Assembly (NCBI GenBank): GCA_965219995.1
Contig: CBDCOX010000002.1
Span: forward strand, 288,001 to 352,000
DNA from: Candidatus Latescibacterota bacterium
GTDB taxonomy: Bacteria; Latescibacterota; UBA2968; GCA-2709665
Direction of reading: 5' to 3'
DNA length: 64,000 nt
A program made the position numbers and the translations under genes. Shown here one piece after another: positions 1 through 9,496 of the stretch; within the stretch, counting starts at the first letter, position 1; each line of letters begins with the position of its first letter. Under the pieces are notes generated by a model. That model was not told the DNA's origin, ran no database searches, and saw only the letters and a list, made by a program, of their open reading frames with translations.

Positions 1-315
1 GAGGATGCCCGCGATGAGGTGGCCATCGCGCTCACGGAAGCCGTCAACAACGCCATTTTCCATGGAAACGAAGGTGTGCGCGAAAAGCCGTTCACGGTGG
101 AATTTGCCGTGGCGGACGGGATGTTGCACATCGCCGTCCGGGACCAGGGGTCCGGGTTCGACCCGGCCGCGGTACCGGATCCTCTGGCAGAGGAAAACCT
201 GTTGAATCCGTCCGGACGCGGCCTGCTGATGATGCGTGCCATGGTGGACGACGTTCAGCACAAATTCTGCGCGGCCGGGACGAGAGTCATCCTCTGTAAA
301 CGCATCGCATCCTGA
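1..315 (+). CDS. Anti-sigma factor / RsbW-like ATP-binding protein (5' truncated by window edge)
   Basis: Frame open from base 1; HATPase_c motifs EAVNNAIFHGN, VRDQGSGF, SGRGLLMM. Confidence 0.85.
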   Translation, partial: EDARDEVAIALTEAVNNAIFHGNEGVREKPFTVEFAVADGMLHIAVRDQGSGFDPAAVPDPLAEENLLNPSGRGLLMMRAMVDDVQHKFCAAGTRVILCKRIAS

Positions 316-332
316 ACGCCGGAGGTCGCGTC

Positions 333-1406
333 ATGCGTATCGAACGCATTGAGACGATTTCGCTCTCCTGTTTCTGGGGGCCGTCCGATCGGGGAATCAA
401 GCGGACCTGGCCCCTTCATTTTGTCCGGTCGGATAACGGGCTCGTCGGCATCGGAAGAGGTGGAAACGCGGAATTGATCGAACGTGAATTCGCGCCGCTG
501 CTCGTTGGCGAAGACCCGCGCCGCCCGGCACGGCTTTGGCAGCGGATGTACGATCGAGCGTGGCGCTTTCGCGGGCCCGGGCGGGCCGCGATGGGTACGA
601 TCGGCGCGCTGGACGTGGCGTTGTGGGACCTGTACGGCAAGGCATGCGGCGAACCGGTCTGGCGGCTGCTGGGCGGGTTCCGGAACCGGGTGACCGCGTA
701 CGCGGACGGGATCGGCTACGAACATCAGAATGCGGAGGAGGTCGCCGCCCTGGTTAGAAAGCATGCGGATCTCGGGTTCAGGGCCGTGAAGTTCCATCTG
801 TCGGATGACGACCGCGAACTCGCGTTCGATAAGGTCCGCCTGTCGCGCGAGGCCCTGGGCGACGGTCCGAGACTGATGATCGATATCCACAGGATGTGGG
901 AGGGGAAAACGGCCGCGGACATGGCGCGGCGGTTCGAGCCCTACAACCTGTATTGGATCGAGGAACCCGTACGGGGCGACGACGAAGCGGCGCACATGCG
1001 GATGGTCCGCGAGGCGACGAGCGCGCTGGTCGCCGGCGGCGAGAGCGAAGGAACGCTCTATGGGACCCGGCACCTGATCGAAGCGGGCGGGCTGCAGGTG
1101 GTGCAGTCGGATATCATCGGCGGAGGCGGGTTCACGGGACTGATGCGGATGGCGGCGCTGGCCGAGGCGCACCACGTGTACGTGGCGCCGCACGGGGCCT
1201 CGTTTCCGGAAATCAACTGCCACCTGATCGCCGCCGTGCCCAACGGGCTGATGGTCTCCGCCTGCCCGCCCACCGAGCCGTACCAGATCTGGTCGCAGCT
1301 CTACGATCCTCCCTTCCGCATCATCGATGGGGAGATCCACATGGGAGACGAACCCGGCCTCGGTCTCACCGTCAACGAGGATTTCGTGGAAGCACATCGG
1401 TTGTGA
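333..1406 (+). CDS. Mandelate racemase/muconate lactonizing enzyme (enolase superfamily)
   Basis: GGAGG RBS; motifs ALDVALWDLYGK, WIEEP, AGGESE, VAPH, PGLG. Confidence 0.9.
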   Translation: MRIERIETISLSCFWGPSDRGIKRTWPLHFVRSDNGLVGIGRGGNAELIEREFAPLLVGEDPRRPARLWQRMYDRAWRFRGPGRAAMGTIGALDVALWDLYGKACGEPVWRLLGGFRNRVTAYADGIGYEHQNAEEVAALVRKHADLGFRAVKFHLSDDDRELAFDKVRLSREALGDGPRLMIDIHRMWEGKTAADMARRFEPYNLYWIEEPVRGDDEAAHMRMVREATSALVAGGESEGTLYGTRHLIEAGGLQVVQSDIIGGGGFTGLMRMAALAEAHHVYVAPHGASFPEINCHLIAAVPNGLMVSACPPTEPYQIWSQLYDPPFRIIDGEIHMGDEPGLGLTVNEDFVEAHRL

Positions 1407-1510
1407 GGGATGAGTTCCCGCGTGCGGTCAAGAAAACACAGAACAAGCTTCGGTTCGTGCAGTGCGGTCCGAGCATGGCGATCGCCACGATTATAAACAA
1501 CGGAAACGTC

Positions 1511-1732
1511 ATGAACCGGTACTTGATCGTCATCGAAGTGACGGAAACCGGGTTTTCGGCGTATTCTCCCGATCTACACGGGTGCGTGTCCACCGGCGCC
1601 ACGCGGCAGGAAGTGGAAGCGAACATGAAAGAGGCGATCGAATTCCACCTCGATGGAATGAAACAGGAACGCTATCCGATTCCGGAACCAACGGCGGATT
1701 CGATGTTCGTCGAGATTGCATCGAAGGTTTAG
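1511..1732 (+). CDS. HicB-family antitoxin (short form, no adjacent hicA)
   Basis: C-terminal 73 aa of ORF 896..1732: YLIVIE..FSAYSPDLHGCVSTGATRQEVEANMKEAIEFHLDG..PIPEP. Confidence 0.85.
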   Translation: MNRYLIVIEVTETGFSAYSPDLHGCVSTGATRQEVEANMKEAIEFHLDGMKQERYPIPEPTADSMFVEIASKV

Positions 1733-1777
1733 ATCGTACAGTACGTAACTTTCGTTCATTGCGATACGGCGTTTAAA

Positions 1778-1996
1778 ATGACTAAAATAACTGAAATAAA
1801 GGAAGCGATTATGGCGCTTCCGGAATCTGATTATGTTGAATTAAGACAGTGGTTTAGCGAGTTGGACCGGGAGAAGTGGGACCGGCAGATTGAAGCCGAT
1901 TCAAAGGCCGGCAAACTGGATTTCTTGATCTCGGAGGCGTTCGAGGAAAAAGAAAAGGGTCGGCTGCAAGGCATATTGCGGGCAGGCAACACTTGA
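1778..1996 (+). CDS. Small putative antitoxin-like protein (orphan)
   Basis: 72 aa; IKEAIMALP..ELRQWF..WDRQIEADSKAGKLDFL pattern resembles small proteins usually encoded just before RelE/ParE-like toxins. Confidence 0.6.
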   Translation: MTKITEIKEAIMALPESDYVELRQWFSELDREKWDRQIEADSKAGKLDFLISEAFEEKEKGRLQGILRAGNT

Positions 1997-2023
1997 CACG
2001 ATCTACGTAGAACGAAATAAGAG

Positions 2024-2773
2024 ATGAGTCAATTTGACTACAAACCGTACTATCGTCGCAACCTGCCTCATATACAACCGCCCGGTGCAACCTTCTTTGT
2101 CACGTTCCATCTTGCAGGTTCCGTGCCGCGGACGGTATTGCGACAATGGACGAGGGAAAAACACCAAATCGAAAAGGAAAAAAGGCGTCTTGTCAAGTTG
2201 CCGAGTGGCGTTACTTCAGCGGAATGCGTTACACTCGACAAAAAACGTGAAGATCGCGAGTCGGAATGGCAGCGACAGTGGTTCCGGAAATTTGAGACAA
2301 CGCTGGATAGAGCGCAAAGTGGGCCCGTGTGGCTCAAAGATGAGCGAATCGCTAAAGAAGTGGATGAGAGTCTGCGCTACCGAGACGGGAAGGTGTACCG
2401 GTTGGATGCCTACTGTATCATGGCCAATCACGTTCATGTTGTGTTTGCGCCACTTGTGACCCAACCGTCCGTAACGCATTCCGACAGCTTGCGGGACAAT
2501 TCGGCTGAAGCGGGCGACTTGTGCTATAACTCGCTTTCCTCGATTATGCAATCGCTGAAAGGCTATACAGCGTGGAGAGCAAATCGGCTATTAAGGCGGC
2601 AAGGGTCATTCTGGCAGCACGAAAGTTACGATCGATGTATTCGGGATGAAAGTGAATGGGAGCGGATTATAACGTACGTTCTTAACAACCCGGTGAAAGC
2701 GGGTCTCGTGGAAAATTGGGAAGAGTGGCGTTGGAGCTATCGCCGGGCATCGGACCGTAGCGCAAACTGTTAG
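2024..2773 (+). mobile_element. REP-associated tyrosine transposase (RAYT, IS200-like Y1 HUH enzyme)
   Basis: RRNLPH..FFVTF, HUH motif CIMANHVH, SLKGYTA, FWQHESYD, catalytic-Tyr region YVLNNPVKAG, W.WS; REP doublets directly downstream. Confidence 0.9.
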
Positions 2774-2849
2774 TTTGCGTGCTGAGGACAAACGTGGATG
2801 GGATCAATCACGTTCTTATTGCCCTGCACAAACTAACAGTTTGTGCTAC
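2757..2849. repeat. REPIN 1: inverted pair of GTAG-type REPs
   Basis: GTAG-CGCAAACT-GTT-AGTTTGCG (2757-2779) and inverted GCACAAACT-AAC-AGTTTGTGC-TAC (2826-2849). Confidence 0.9.
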
Positions 2850-2950
2850 GACTCACTTGCTTTTTTGACGGTGTAATTGGCTTCCTTATTGTCGCAGAAC
2901 TCGTGCGGAGTGGATCTGTGAATGGCGGTGGCACTTCCGGGCGTCCGATG

Positions 2951-3042
2951 GTAGCGCAAACTGTCAGTTTGCGTGCTGAGGACAAGAGTGGGTGGAATTA
3001 TCACGTTCTTCTTACCCTGCACAAACTAACAGTTTGTGCTAC
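2951..3042. repeat. REPIN 2: near-identical copy of REPIN 1
   Basis: GTAGCGCAAACTGTCAGTTTGCG at 2951 and GCACAAACTAACAGTTTGTGCTAC ending at 3042; spacer and about 28 nt of 3' flank also resemble copy 1. Confidence 0.9.
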
Positions 3043-3099
3043 GACTCACTTGCTCTTTTTGACGGTGCAATCAGCTACTTTATATTCGCATAACTCGTC

Positions 3100-3214
3100 C
3101 GGGCCGTCTTCGATCACCTTTGCCAGATTGTTGAGGAGGCGATCGCAATATTACCGGAAGGACGGGAAGCCTCTGCCCCCGGCGACGTCGACCGTCGAAT
3201 TGGCAGGCCGTTGA
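3100..3214 (+). pseudogene. 3' remnant of a HicB-like gene with a +1 frameshift
   Basis: RAVFDHLCQIVEEAI in one frame continues as YYRKDGKPLPPATS in another; removing one C in ATCGCAATAT restores EEAIEYYRKDGKPLP. Confidence 0.6.
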
Positions 3215-3300
3215 GACACGAAATTGCGCTCCGCGAAAGAGATATCCCACCAACTTCCGATTGACGTCGACCTGAGAGCGCTTCCACGGAGCCTTCGCGA

Positions 3301-3867
3301 ATGACCAGACCGGGCCAGTTGGAGCGCGCCGAACTGAATGAGGAGCAGGCGCGCATTTACGACGCGATCCTCGAATCCAGGGGCAGCATCTCCGGCCCGT
3401 TCGGCGTGTGGCTGCACAGCCCGGAGTTGGCCGACCGCGCGCAGCGTCTGGGCGAATTCGTGCGGTACCGAACGATCCTGGCGCCGAGGCTGAGTGAACT
3501 GGCCATCCTCGTGACCGCGCGGTTCTGGGACTGCCAGGTGGAGTGGTCCCTGCACGAACCCTTCGCCGTCGAAAGCGGGCTGGGTGATGACATCATTGAC
3601 GCGATCCGGCACGGACGGGCGCCCGATTTCGGCCGGGAAGACGAGCGCGTGGTTTTCGACTACGTCAGCGAACTGATCGGGAAGCACGTTGTTCCGGATG
3701 GCGTATTCAATGCCGCGATGGAAGCGTTCGGCAAGACCGGTGTTGTGGAGCTGACGGGGATTGTAGGCTATTACAGTCTGGTGGCGCAGACCCTCAATGC
3801 GTTTCAGGTCCCCGTTCCCGAAGGCTGCGCGCCGACGCTCGTCGAATGTCCCACGTTTGGACCTTAG
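3301..3867 (+). CDS. Carboxymuconolactone decarboxylase (AhpD-like) family protein
   Basis: GPFGVWLHSPELA, RLSELAILVTAR, EWSLH, GVVELTGIVGYY. Confidence 0.85.
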   Translation: MTRPGQLERAELNEEQARIYDAILESRGSISGPFGVWLHSPELADRAQRLGEFVRYRTILAPRLSELAILVTARFWDCQVEWSLHEPFAVESGLGDDIIDAIRHGRAPDFGREDERVVFDYVSELIGKHVVPDGVFNAAMEAFGKTGVVELTGIVGYYSLVAQTLNAFQVPVPEGCAPTLVECPTFGP

Positions 3868-3940
3868 ATGCTTACAGTGAAACTTCTACGCATAGTACGT
3901 TCATGTTTTTTTATTCTTCCAGCAAACGAATGGCGTTGGA

Positions 3941-4031
3941 ATCCCCCCACAGCATCAGCCATCGCCGGCCCTTCGACAAGCTCAGGGATCGGCTCGGCTT
4001 CTGCGACTCCCCCTCAAGGGGGGAGTAATGA
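3941..4031. repeat. Composite REP-like element
   Basis: CCCTTCGACAAGCTCAGGG (3969-3987) plus hairpin ACTCCCCCT-CAA-GGGGGGAGT (4006-4026); first motif recurs degenerate at 63706-63723. Confidence 0.55.
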
Positions 4032-4168
4032 GACCGTTTATCGGGCGGGCGCGTTCACTTCCGCCTATTGTGTTGGGATTGGGCGGAGCGAGGTCGGGTT
4101 AGGGTCCTGCGGTGGAAGGACTCATCGCCATTGATCTGTATCGGGAGCCTTTTCCCTGCGGTTTGCTT

Positions 4169-4197
4169 TTTATCCTGTCCATCCTGTCTATCCATGT
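4169..4197 (+). repeat. 9-nt-period triplet repeat, type A
   Basis: TTTATCCTGTCCATCCTGTCTATCCATGT; same motif at 35965, 36032 (inverted), 36312 and 36440. Confidence 0.75.
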
Positions 4198-4247
4198 GTG
4201 TTTTTTTTCTCGATAAATAAGGCTTGTTGGAGATTCACATCTTCCGA

Positions 4248-5462
4248 ATGGATTCAATCCGGAATATCAAGAACCCGAATCTCCGCCCTCGTCTGCGCGC
4301 CGCGGGGCTGGTGTTGCCGCTGATGGCTTTTGTCGGTTTCACCTTTGTCGCGCCGCTGGCGACGATGCTCGTGCGGAGCGTGTACGATCCCGTGGTCGCC
4401 GATGCCCTGCCGCAGACGCTTGCCATGTTGAACGAATGGGACGGCAAGGGCGCCCCCGCGGAGGCGGTCTATGAGTCGGCAGCGCGTGAACTGGTCAACG
4501 CGCGCGGAGATCGGACCCTCGGTAAGATCGCCAGCCGCGTCAACCGGGTCCGGAGCGGGCTGCGAAGCGTGTTGACGAAGAGCGCGCGGCGGCTCCGGCG
4601 CGTGGATAGCGGCCCGTGGCGCGACGCCATGATCGGCATCGACGCCGCCTGGGCCGACGCCCGGACCTGGCATGCGATCCGAAGCGCCGGAGAGCGATAC
4701 ACCACGCGTCACTATCTGAACGCCCTCGACCTTCAAAGCCTGCCCGACGGCTCCGTCGGACGGCAGCCGGAGGAACGCCGCATCTATCTCCCGCTGCTGT
4801 GGCGGACCTTCTGGGTGAGCCTGAGCATCACGGCGTTGTGCCTGCTGCTCGGCTACCCGATCGCTCATCTGATCGCCCACGCGCCCACGCGCATTGGCAA
4901 CCTGCTTCTGATTCTTGTGCTGGTCCCGTTCTGGACGTCGCTGCTCGTGCGGACCACGTCCTGGATCGTGCTGTTGCAGACGCAGGGTGTACTCAACGAC
5001 CTGCTCGTGACTCTGGGTCTGATCGGCGACGACGGCCGGCTGGCCATGATCTACAACATGACCGGCACGCTGGTGGCGATGACGCACGTGCTGCTTCCCT
5101 TTATGACTCTCCCGCTCTATTCGATCATGCGCGCGATCCCGCCCATCCAGATGAGCGCCGCGGCTTCCCTCGGCGCAAACCCCTCCCAGGCATTCTGGCG
5201 CGTGTACTGGCCGCAGACCCTGCCCGGCGTGAGCGCGGGATCGCTTCTGGTGTTCATTCTTGCCATCGGGTACTATATCACCCCCGCGCTCGTGGGCGGG
5301 AGCAGCGGACAGCTCATCTCCAACATGATCGCGTTCCACATGCAGACCTCGCTCAACTGGGGTCTTGCCGCGGCGCTCGGAGGCATCCTTCTGGCCTGTG
5401 TGGGAGCGCTGTACCTGCTCTACGACCGGATGGTGGGAATCGAGCGGATGAGGTTGGGCTGA
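4248..5462 (+). CDS. potB: Polyamine-type ABC transporter permease (PotB-like, with extended soluble loop)
   Basis: LVLVPFWTSLLVRT, EAA-like AAASLGA loop, YYITPALVGG. Confidence 0.8.
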   Translation: MDSIRNIKNPNLRPRLRAAGLVLPLMAFVGFTFVAPLATMLVRSVYDPVVADALPQTLAMLNEWDGKGAPAEAVYESAARELVNARGDRTLGKIASRVNRVRSGLRSVLTKSARRLRRVDSGPWRDAMIGIDAAWADARTWHAIRSAGERYTTRHYLNALDLQSLPDGSVGRQPEERRIYLPLLWRTFWVSLSITALCLLLGYPIAHLIAHAPTRIGNLLLILVLVPFWTSLLVRTTSWIVLLQTQGVLNDLLVTLGLIGDDGRLAMIYNMTGTLVAMTHVLLPFMTLPLYSIMRAIPPIQMSAAASLGANPSQAFWRVYWPQTLPGVSAGSLLVFILAIGYYITPALVGGSSGQLISNMIAFHMQTSLNWGLAAALGGILLACVGALYLLYDRMVGIERMRLG

Positions 5463-5463
5463 G

Positions 5464-6288
5464 ATGGCGATTGCCGGAACCAGGGAACGCATGGGCCGTT
5501 CGCTTTACATTGGCTTCTGCACGGCCGTGTTTCTGTTTCTCGTCGCGCCGATTCTGGTGATCGTACCCCTGAGCTTCAACGCGGAGCCCTACTTCACCTT
5601 CACCGAGGGCATGCTGCGCCTGGATGCCGATGCGTATTCGATGCGCTGGTATCGGCAGATCGTCGAGAACGAGATATGGACCCGTGCGCTCGTCAACAGC
5701 CTGATGATCGGCATCGCTTCCACGGTCCTGGCGACGGGCTTCGGAACACTGGCGGCGATGGGGCTTTCCAGCCCGGCCATGCCCGGCCGGCGATGGGCGA
5801 TGGGGTTGCTCATTTCGCCAATGGTGACCCCGGTGATTATCGCGGCGGCGGGGATGTTCTTCTTCTATTCGAATCTGGGTCTTGCCCAGACCCATGTCGG
5901 TCTGATTCTGGCCCACGCCGCGCTGGGAACGCCTTTTGTCGTGATCACGGTGACCGCCACGCTGTCTGCCTTCGACACCAATCTGACCCGCGCCGCAGCC
6001 AGCCTTGGCGCGGGACCCGTGCGTGTCTTCCGTCGCGTCCAACTGCCGTTGATCGCTCCCGGCGTGATCTCGGGGGCGCTCTTCGCCTTCGCAACGTCTT
6101 TCGATGAAGTGGTCGTGGTGCTGTTCATGGCCGCTATCGAGCAACGTACGATTCCGCGCCAGATGTGGGCCGGAATCCGCGAGCAGATCAGCCCCACCAT
6201 CCTGGCCGTAGCGACGTTTCTGATTGTCTTTGCCGTCCTGCTGCTGTTTACGGTTGAATGGATGCGGCGGCGTTCCGCCGCGAGATAA
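5464..6288 (+). CDS. potC: Polyamine-type ABC transporter permease (PotC-like)
   Basis: PILVIVPLSFN, AAASLGA, FATSFDEVVV. Confidence 0.8.
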   Translation: MAIAGTRERMGRSLYIGFCTAVFLFLVAPILVIVPLSFNAEPYFTFTEGMLRLDADAYSMRWYRQIVENEIWTRALVNSLMIGIASTVLATGFGTLAAMGLSSPAMPGRRWAMGLLISPMVTPVIIAAAGMFFFYSNLGLAQTHVGLILAHAALGTPFVVITVTATLSAFDTNLTRAAASLGAGPVRVFRRVQLPLIAPGVISGALFAFATSFDEVVVVLFMAAIEQRTIPRQMWAGIREQISPTILAVATFLIVFAVLLLFTVEWMRRRSAAR

Positions 6289-6376
6289 ACTGCCGGCGAA
6301 ACGCTTCCGGCCGCATATAGGCGCATTTCACGAATTATAAACCGATCAATCGAATCCGGGATCCACAGGCGCTTCA

Positions 6377-7486
6377 ATGCAAGAAAACGAGAACGTGTAC
6401 GTCGAGTTCGAGGGTGTCAGCAAGAGCTTCGACGGTCGTACCCTGGTCGTCGACAATCTCGATCTCAGCGTCCGAAAGGGCGAATTCCTGACCATGCTCG
6501 GTCCGTCCGGATCGGGCAAGACCACGTGTCTGATGATGCTGGCCGGCTTTGAAACGGCGACGTCGGGCGCCATCCGTATCAACGGGCGTTCCGTGCAAGA
6601 ACTGCCCCCGCGCAAACGCGGGATTGGCATGGTCTTCCAGAATTACGCGCTTTTTCCTCACATGACGGTCGGCCGCAACCTCGCCTTTCCTCTGGAAGTA
6701 CGGGGACTGGACGCGACGCAATGCAGGGAACGCGTGGCGCGCGCCCTGCATCTGGTACGGCTCGACGGGCTCGAGGACCGGCGGCCCGGCCAGCTCTCCG
6801 GCGGCCAGCAGCAGCGCGTGGCCATCGCACGGGCGCTGGTCTTCGAGCCCGATCTGGTTCTGATGGACGAACCCCTGGGCGCGCTCGACCGGCGCCTTCG
6901 TGAGGAAATGCAGTACGAAATCCGGCGCATCCACAAGAGCCTCGGCGTCACCGTGGTGTACGTGACGCACGATCAGGAGGAAGCGATGGTCATGTCGGAC
7001 CGGATCGCGGTGCTCAGACGGGGCGATATCCAGCAGGTCGCCGCACCGGAGGTCCTCTATGAAGAGCCGGAACGCTCGTTCGTCGCCCGATTCATCGGGG
7101 AGAACAACCGTCTCCACGGCCGCGTGAAGAGCGTCGACGGGGACATTTGCGAAGTCGAGACGGGCGGTCAGGTCGTCAGCGCGCTTCGCGTTGCACCGTG
7201 CCGTTCGGGCGACGCCACCACGCTTTCGATCCGGCCGGAGCGGGTCGCCATCTCGCCCGAACCCGGCCTGTACACGAATGAACTCGACGCGAGAATCGAG
7301 GATATCACGTTCCTTGGCGACCACCTGCGGGTTCGCGTGAGCGTCTGTGGCCGCACGGATTTTATCGCGAAAATACCGAATATCGTAGGACACGGCGCCA
7401 TGCTGGAGGGCGACCGCGTCCGCATCGGATGGACACCGACGGATTGCCGGGTACTGGACCCGGATGACGAGGAGGATACAACATGA
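6377..7486 (+). CDS. potA: Polyamine-type ABC transporter ATP-binding protein (PotA-like)
   Basis: Walker [40 protein letters not shown]-terminal TOBE-like region. Confidence 0.85.
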   Translation: MQENENVYVEFEGVSKSFDGRTLVVDNLDLSVRKGEFLTMLGPSGSGKTTCLMMLAGFETATSGAIRINGRSVQELPPRKRGIGMVFQNYALFPHMTVGRNLAFPLEVRGLDATQCRERVARALHLVRLDGLEDRRPGQLSGGQQQRVAIARALVFEPDLVLMDEPLGALDRRLREEMQYEIRRIHKSLGVTVVYVTHDQEEAMVMSDRIAVLRRGDIQQVAAPEVLYEEPERSFVARFIGENNRLHGRVKSVDGDICEVETGGQVVSALRVAPCRSGDATTLSIRPERVAISPEPGLYTNELDARIEDITFLGDHLRVRVSVCGRTDFIAKIPNIVGHGAMLEGDRVRIGWTPTDCRVLDPDDEEDTT

Positions 7487-8583
7487 AGGACGTTCGGAGG
7501 AAGATCGTGCGTATCACGTCGTTGATGGGATTGTCGATGCTGATCGCGACGGCCGCAATCGCCGGGGACCGGCCGCTGACGGTGGTGTCGTGGGGCGGGT
7601 CGTACGCGCGCGCCTGCGTCAAGGGCTACCACGAACGGTTTACCGCGGAAACAGGCATCAAGATCAACCTGGAAGACTACAACGGCGGCCTCGCGCAGAT
7701 CCGCGCGCAGGTGGACGTAGGCAACGTCTTCTGGGACGTGGTGGACCTGGAGATTCCCGATCTCGTGCGGGGCTGCGACGAGGGCCTGCTGGAACCCGTC
7801 GCCGTGGGTTCGCTCGCCCCGGGGGCCGACGGTACGCCTGCGGCGGGGGATTTTGTTCCGGGGACGGTGACGGATTGCGGACCGGCCACGATTTTCTACT
7901 CGACAGTCTACGCTTACAACAAGGAAAACATAAAGGGTGATCAACCGGCCACGATTTCCGACTTCTTCGATCTGGAGAAATTCCCCGGGCGCCGGGGCAT
8001 GCGGCGCTCTCCATTGGTGAACCTGGAATTTGCGCTGATGGCCGACGGTGTAGCGGTCGACTCCGTCTACGCGATCCTGGGTACGCCGGCCGGCGTGGAC
8101 CGCGCCTTCCGAAAGCTGGACACGATCAAGGAGCACATCGTATGGTGGGAAGCCGGGGCGCAGCCGCCGCAGATGCTGGCCGATGGGGAAGTGACGATGA
8201 GCACCGCCTACAACGGGCGCATCTTCAACGCGCAGGTGTTGGAAGACCAGCCGTTCGTGGTGGTGTGGGACGGTCAGGTCCTGGACACCGGCGGGCTGGG
8301 CATTGTCGCGGGAACGCCCAACCTCGAAGCGGCGAAACAGTTTGTCAAGTTCGCCACGAGTGCGCAGGCCATCGCCGGCGTGGGCCGCTATATTTCCTAC
8401 AGCCCCACGCGACGCTCCGCAATGCCACTGATTTCGACGCACGCCGAAAAAGGTGTGGATATGAATCCGCACATGCCCACCAGCCCCCAGAACGTGAAGC
8501 GCGCCCTGCACAACGACTGGGAGTGGTGGAGCGATCACCTGGATGAAATGAACGAACGCTTCAGCGCCTGGCTGGCACGTTGA
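7483..8583 (+). CDS. Polyamine-type ABC transporter substrate-binding protein
   Basis: Signal peptide, VVSWGGSY, WDVVD, FPGRRG, ALMADGV, AYNGR. Confidence 0.85.
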   Translation: MKDVRRKIVRITSLMGLSMLIATAAIAGDRPLTVVSWGGSYARACVKGYHERFTAETGIKINLEDYNGGLAQIRAQVDVGNVFWDVVDLEIPDLVRGCDEGLLEPVAVGSLAPGADGTPAAGDFVPGTVTDCGPATIFYSTVYAYNKENIKGDQPATISDFFDLEKFPGRRGMRRSPLVNLEFALMADGVAVDSVYAILGTPAGVDRAFRKLDTIKEHIVWWEAGAQPPQMLADGEVTMSTAYNGRIFNAQVLEDQPFVVVWDGQVLDTGGLGIVAGTPNLEAAKQFVKFATSAQAIAGVGRYISYSPTRRSAMPLISTHAEKGVDMNPHMPTSPQNVKRALHNDWEWWSDHLDEMNERFSAWLAR

Positions 8584-8657
8584 AATGGCACGAAGTTTGC
8601 AGCGATCTTTTCGGCGACACTAACCATGGTGCTTGACCAGCCGAAAGGAGATTCACG

Positions 8658-9032
8658 ATGGGCGCGACCTACGTAGACGTAACGATCCGAAATCCGGCCG
8701 ATCTGCAGCGAAGCTGGACCGGCGCATTCCTGGTGGACACCGGCGCGTTTGACTCGCTTGTACCCAGGGATCGGTTGGAAGCCATCGGGCTTAAGCCGAA
8801 GGGCCGCCGCGAGTACACCCTCGCGGACGGGACCAGGATCAGCATGGAGATTACGACTGCCGACCTGGAATTCGAAGGAGAGGTCGTGGGCGGCACAATC
8901 GTATATGGCGAGGAAGGCGCCGAACCCCTGCTTGGCGTAACGGCACTGGAATCCGGCGGCTTCGAGGTGGACCCTCGCAGCGAGGAATTGAAAAGGCTGC
9001 CGGCAATTCTGTTAAAGTCGTTCGGCACGTGA
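8658..9032 (+). CDS. Clan AA (retroviral-like) aspartic protease
   Basis: AGGAG RBS; LVDTGA catalytic motif, LADG, PLLGVTALE. Confidence 0.85.
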   Translation: MGATYVDVTIRNPADLQRSWTGAFLVDTGAFDSLVPRDRLEAIGLKPKGRREYTLADGTRISMEITTADLEFEGEVVGGTIVYGEEGAEPLLGVTALESGGFEVDPRSEELKRLPAILLKSFGT

Positions 9033-9053
9033 CAAAGTTGTAAGGAGAGACCC

Positions 9054-9380
9054 ATGAGCCAGGACATCAGCGTCCAAGAAGGCAGCGGCAACGTCTTTAC
9101 TGACCTCGGCTTTGGTGATGAGGAGGCCAGAGAGGAACTGCTCAAAGCAGAACTCGGCGCGGAAATCTTCCGGATTCTGGAACATCGCAGGCTGACTCAG
9201 ACGAAAGCAGCGAGAATTATGGAGGTCAAACAATCGGAGGTCTCCCGTCTTAAGAGCGGGAAGTTTTCCTATTACAGCGTCGAACGGCTGATGCAGTTCC
9301 TCGAGCGTCTCAATTGCGAGGTGCGCATTCATATCGATTGGCCGGAGCGCGAGGGCGTCACGAAGGTCATTGCAATTTAG
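9054..9380 (+). CDS. XRE-family HTH antitoxin-like regulator (HigA2-like), orphan
   Basis: GSGNVFTDLG N-terminus, HTH LTQTKAARIMEVKQSEVSRL, YSVERL. Confidence 0.85.
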   Translation: MSQDISVQEGSGNVFTDLGFGDEEAREELLKAELGAEIFRILEHRRLTQTKAARIMEVKQSEVSRLKSGKFSYYSVERLMQFLERLNCEVRIHIDWPEREGVTKVIAI

Positions 9381-9494
9381 CGGAACTGCAATAATCCCAA
9401 CGCTGCGATGCGGTCGGACATCGAAGCCGTGTGCAGGAACCACGGATATGAACCACCGACGATCTGTACACCGCAAGAACTGATGGAGGTCTAA
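9381..9494 (+). pseudogene. C-terminal remnant of a PIN-domain (VapC-like) gene
   Basis: RNCNNPNAAMRSDIEAVCRNHGYEPPTICTPQELMEV* matches the (W)NC.H.AN...P.ICTP.EL PIN tail; N-terminus absent. Confidence 0.7.
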
Positions 9495-9496
9495 AG

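Noticed and set aside
896-1510. N-terminal 205 codons of the 278-aa ORF 896..1732
   Set aside because: Overlaps the enolase-family gene out of frame; only the part from ATG 1511 looks like HicB.
2757-3070. Palindromic repeats as a mini-CRISPR or integron attC sites
   Set aside because: Inverted doublets with a GTAG foot, similar spacers and an adjacent RAYT fit REPINs; no integrase or cas gene is present.
2843-3214. 123-aa ORF across the REPINs
   Set aside because: Mostly translated repeat DNA; only the last ~22 codons belong to the HicB-like remnant.
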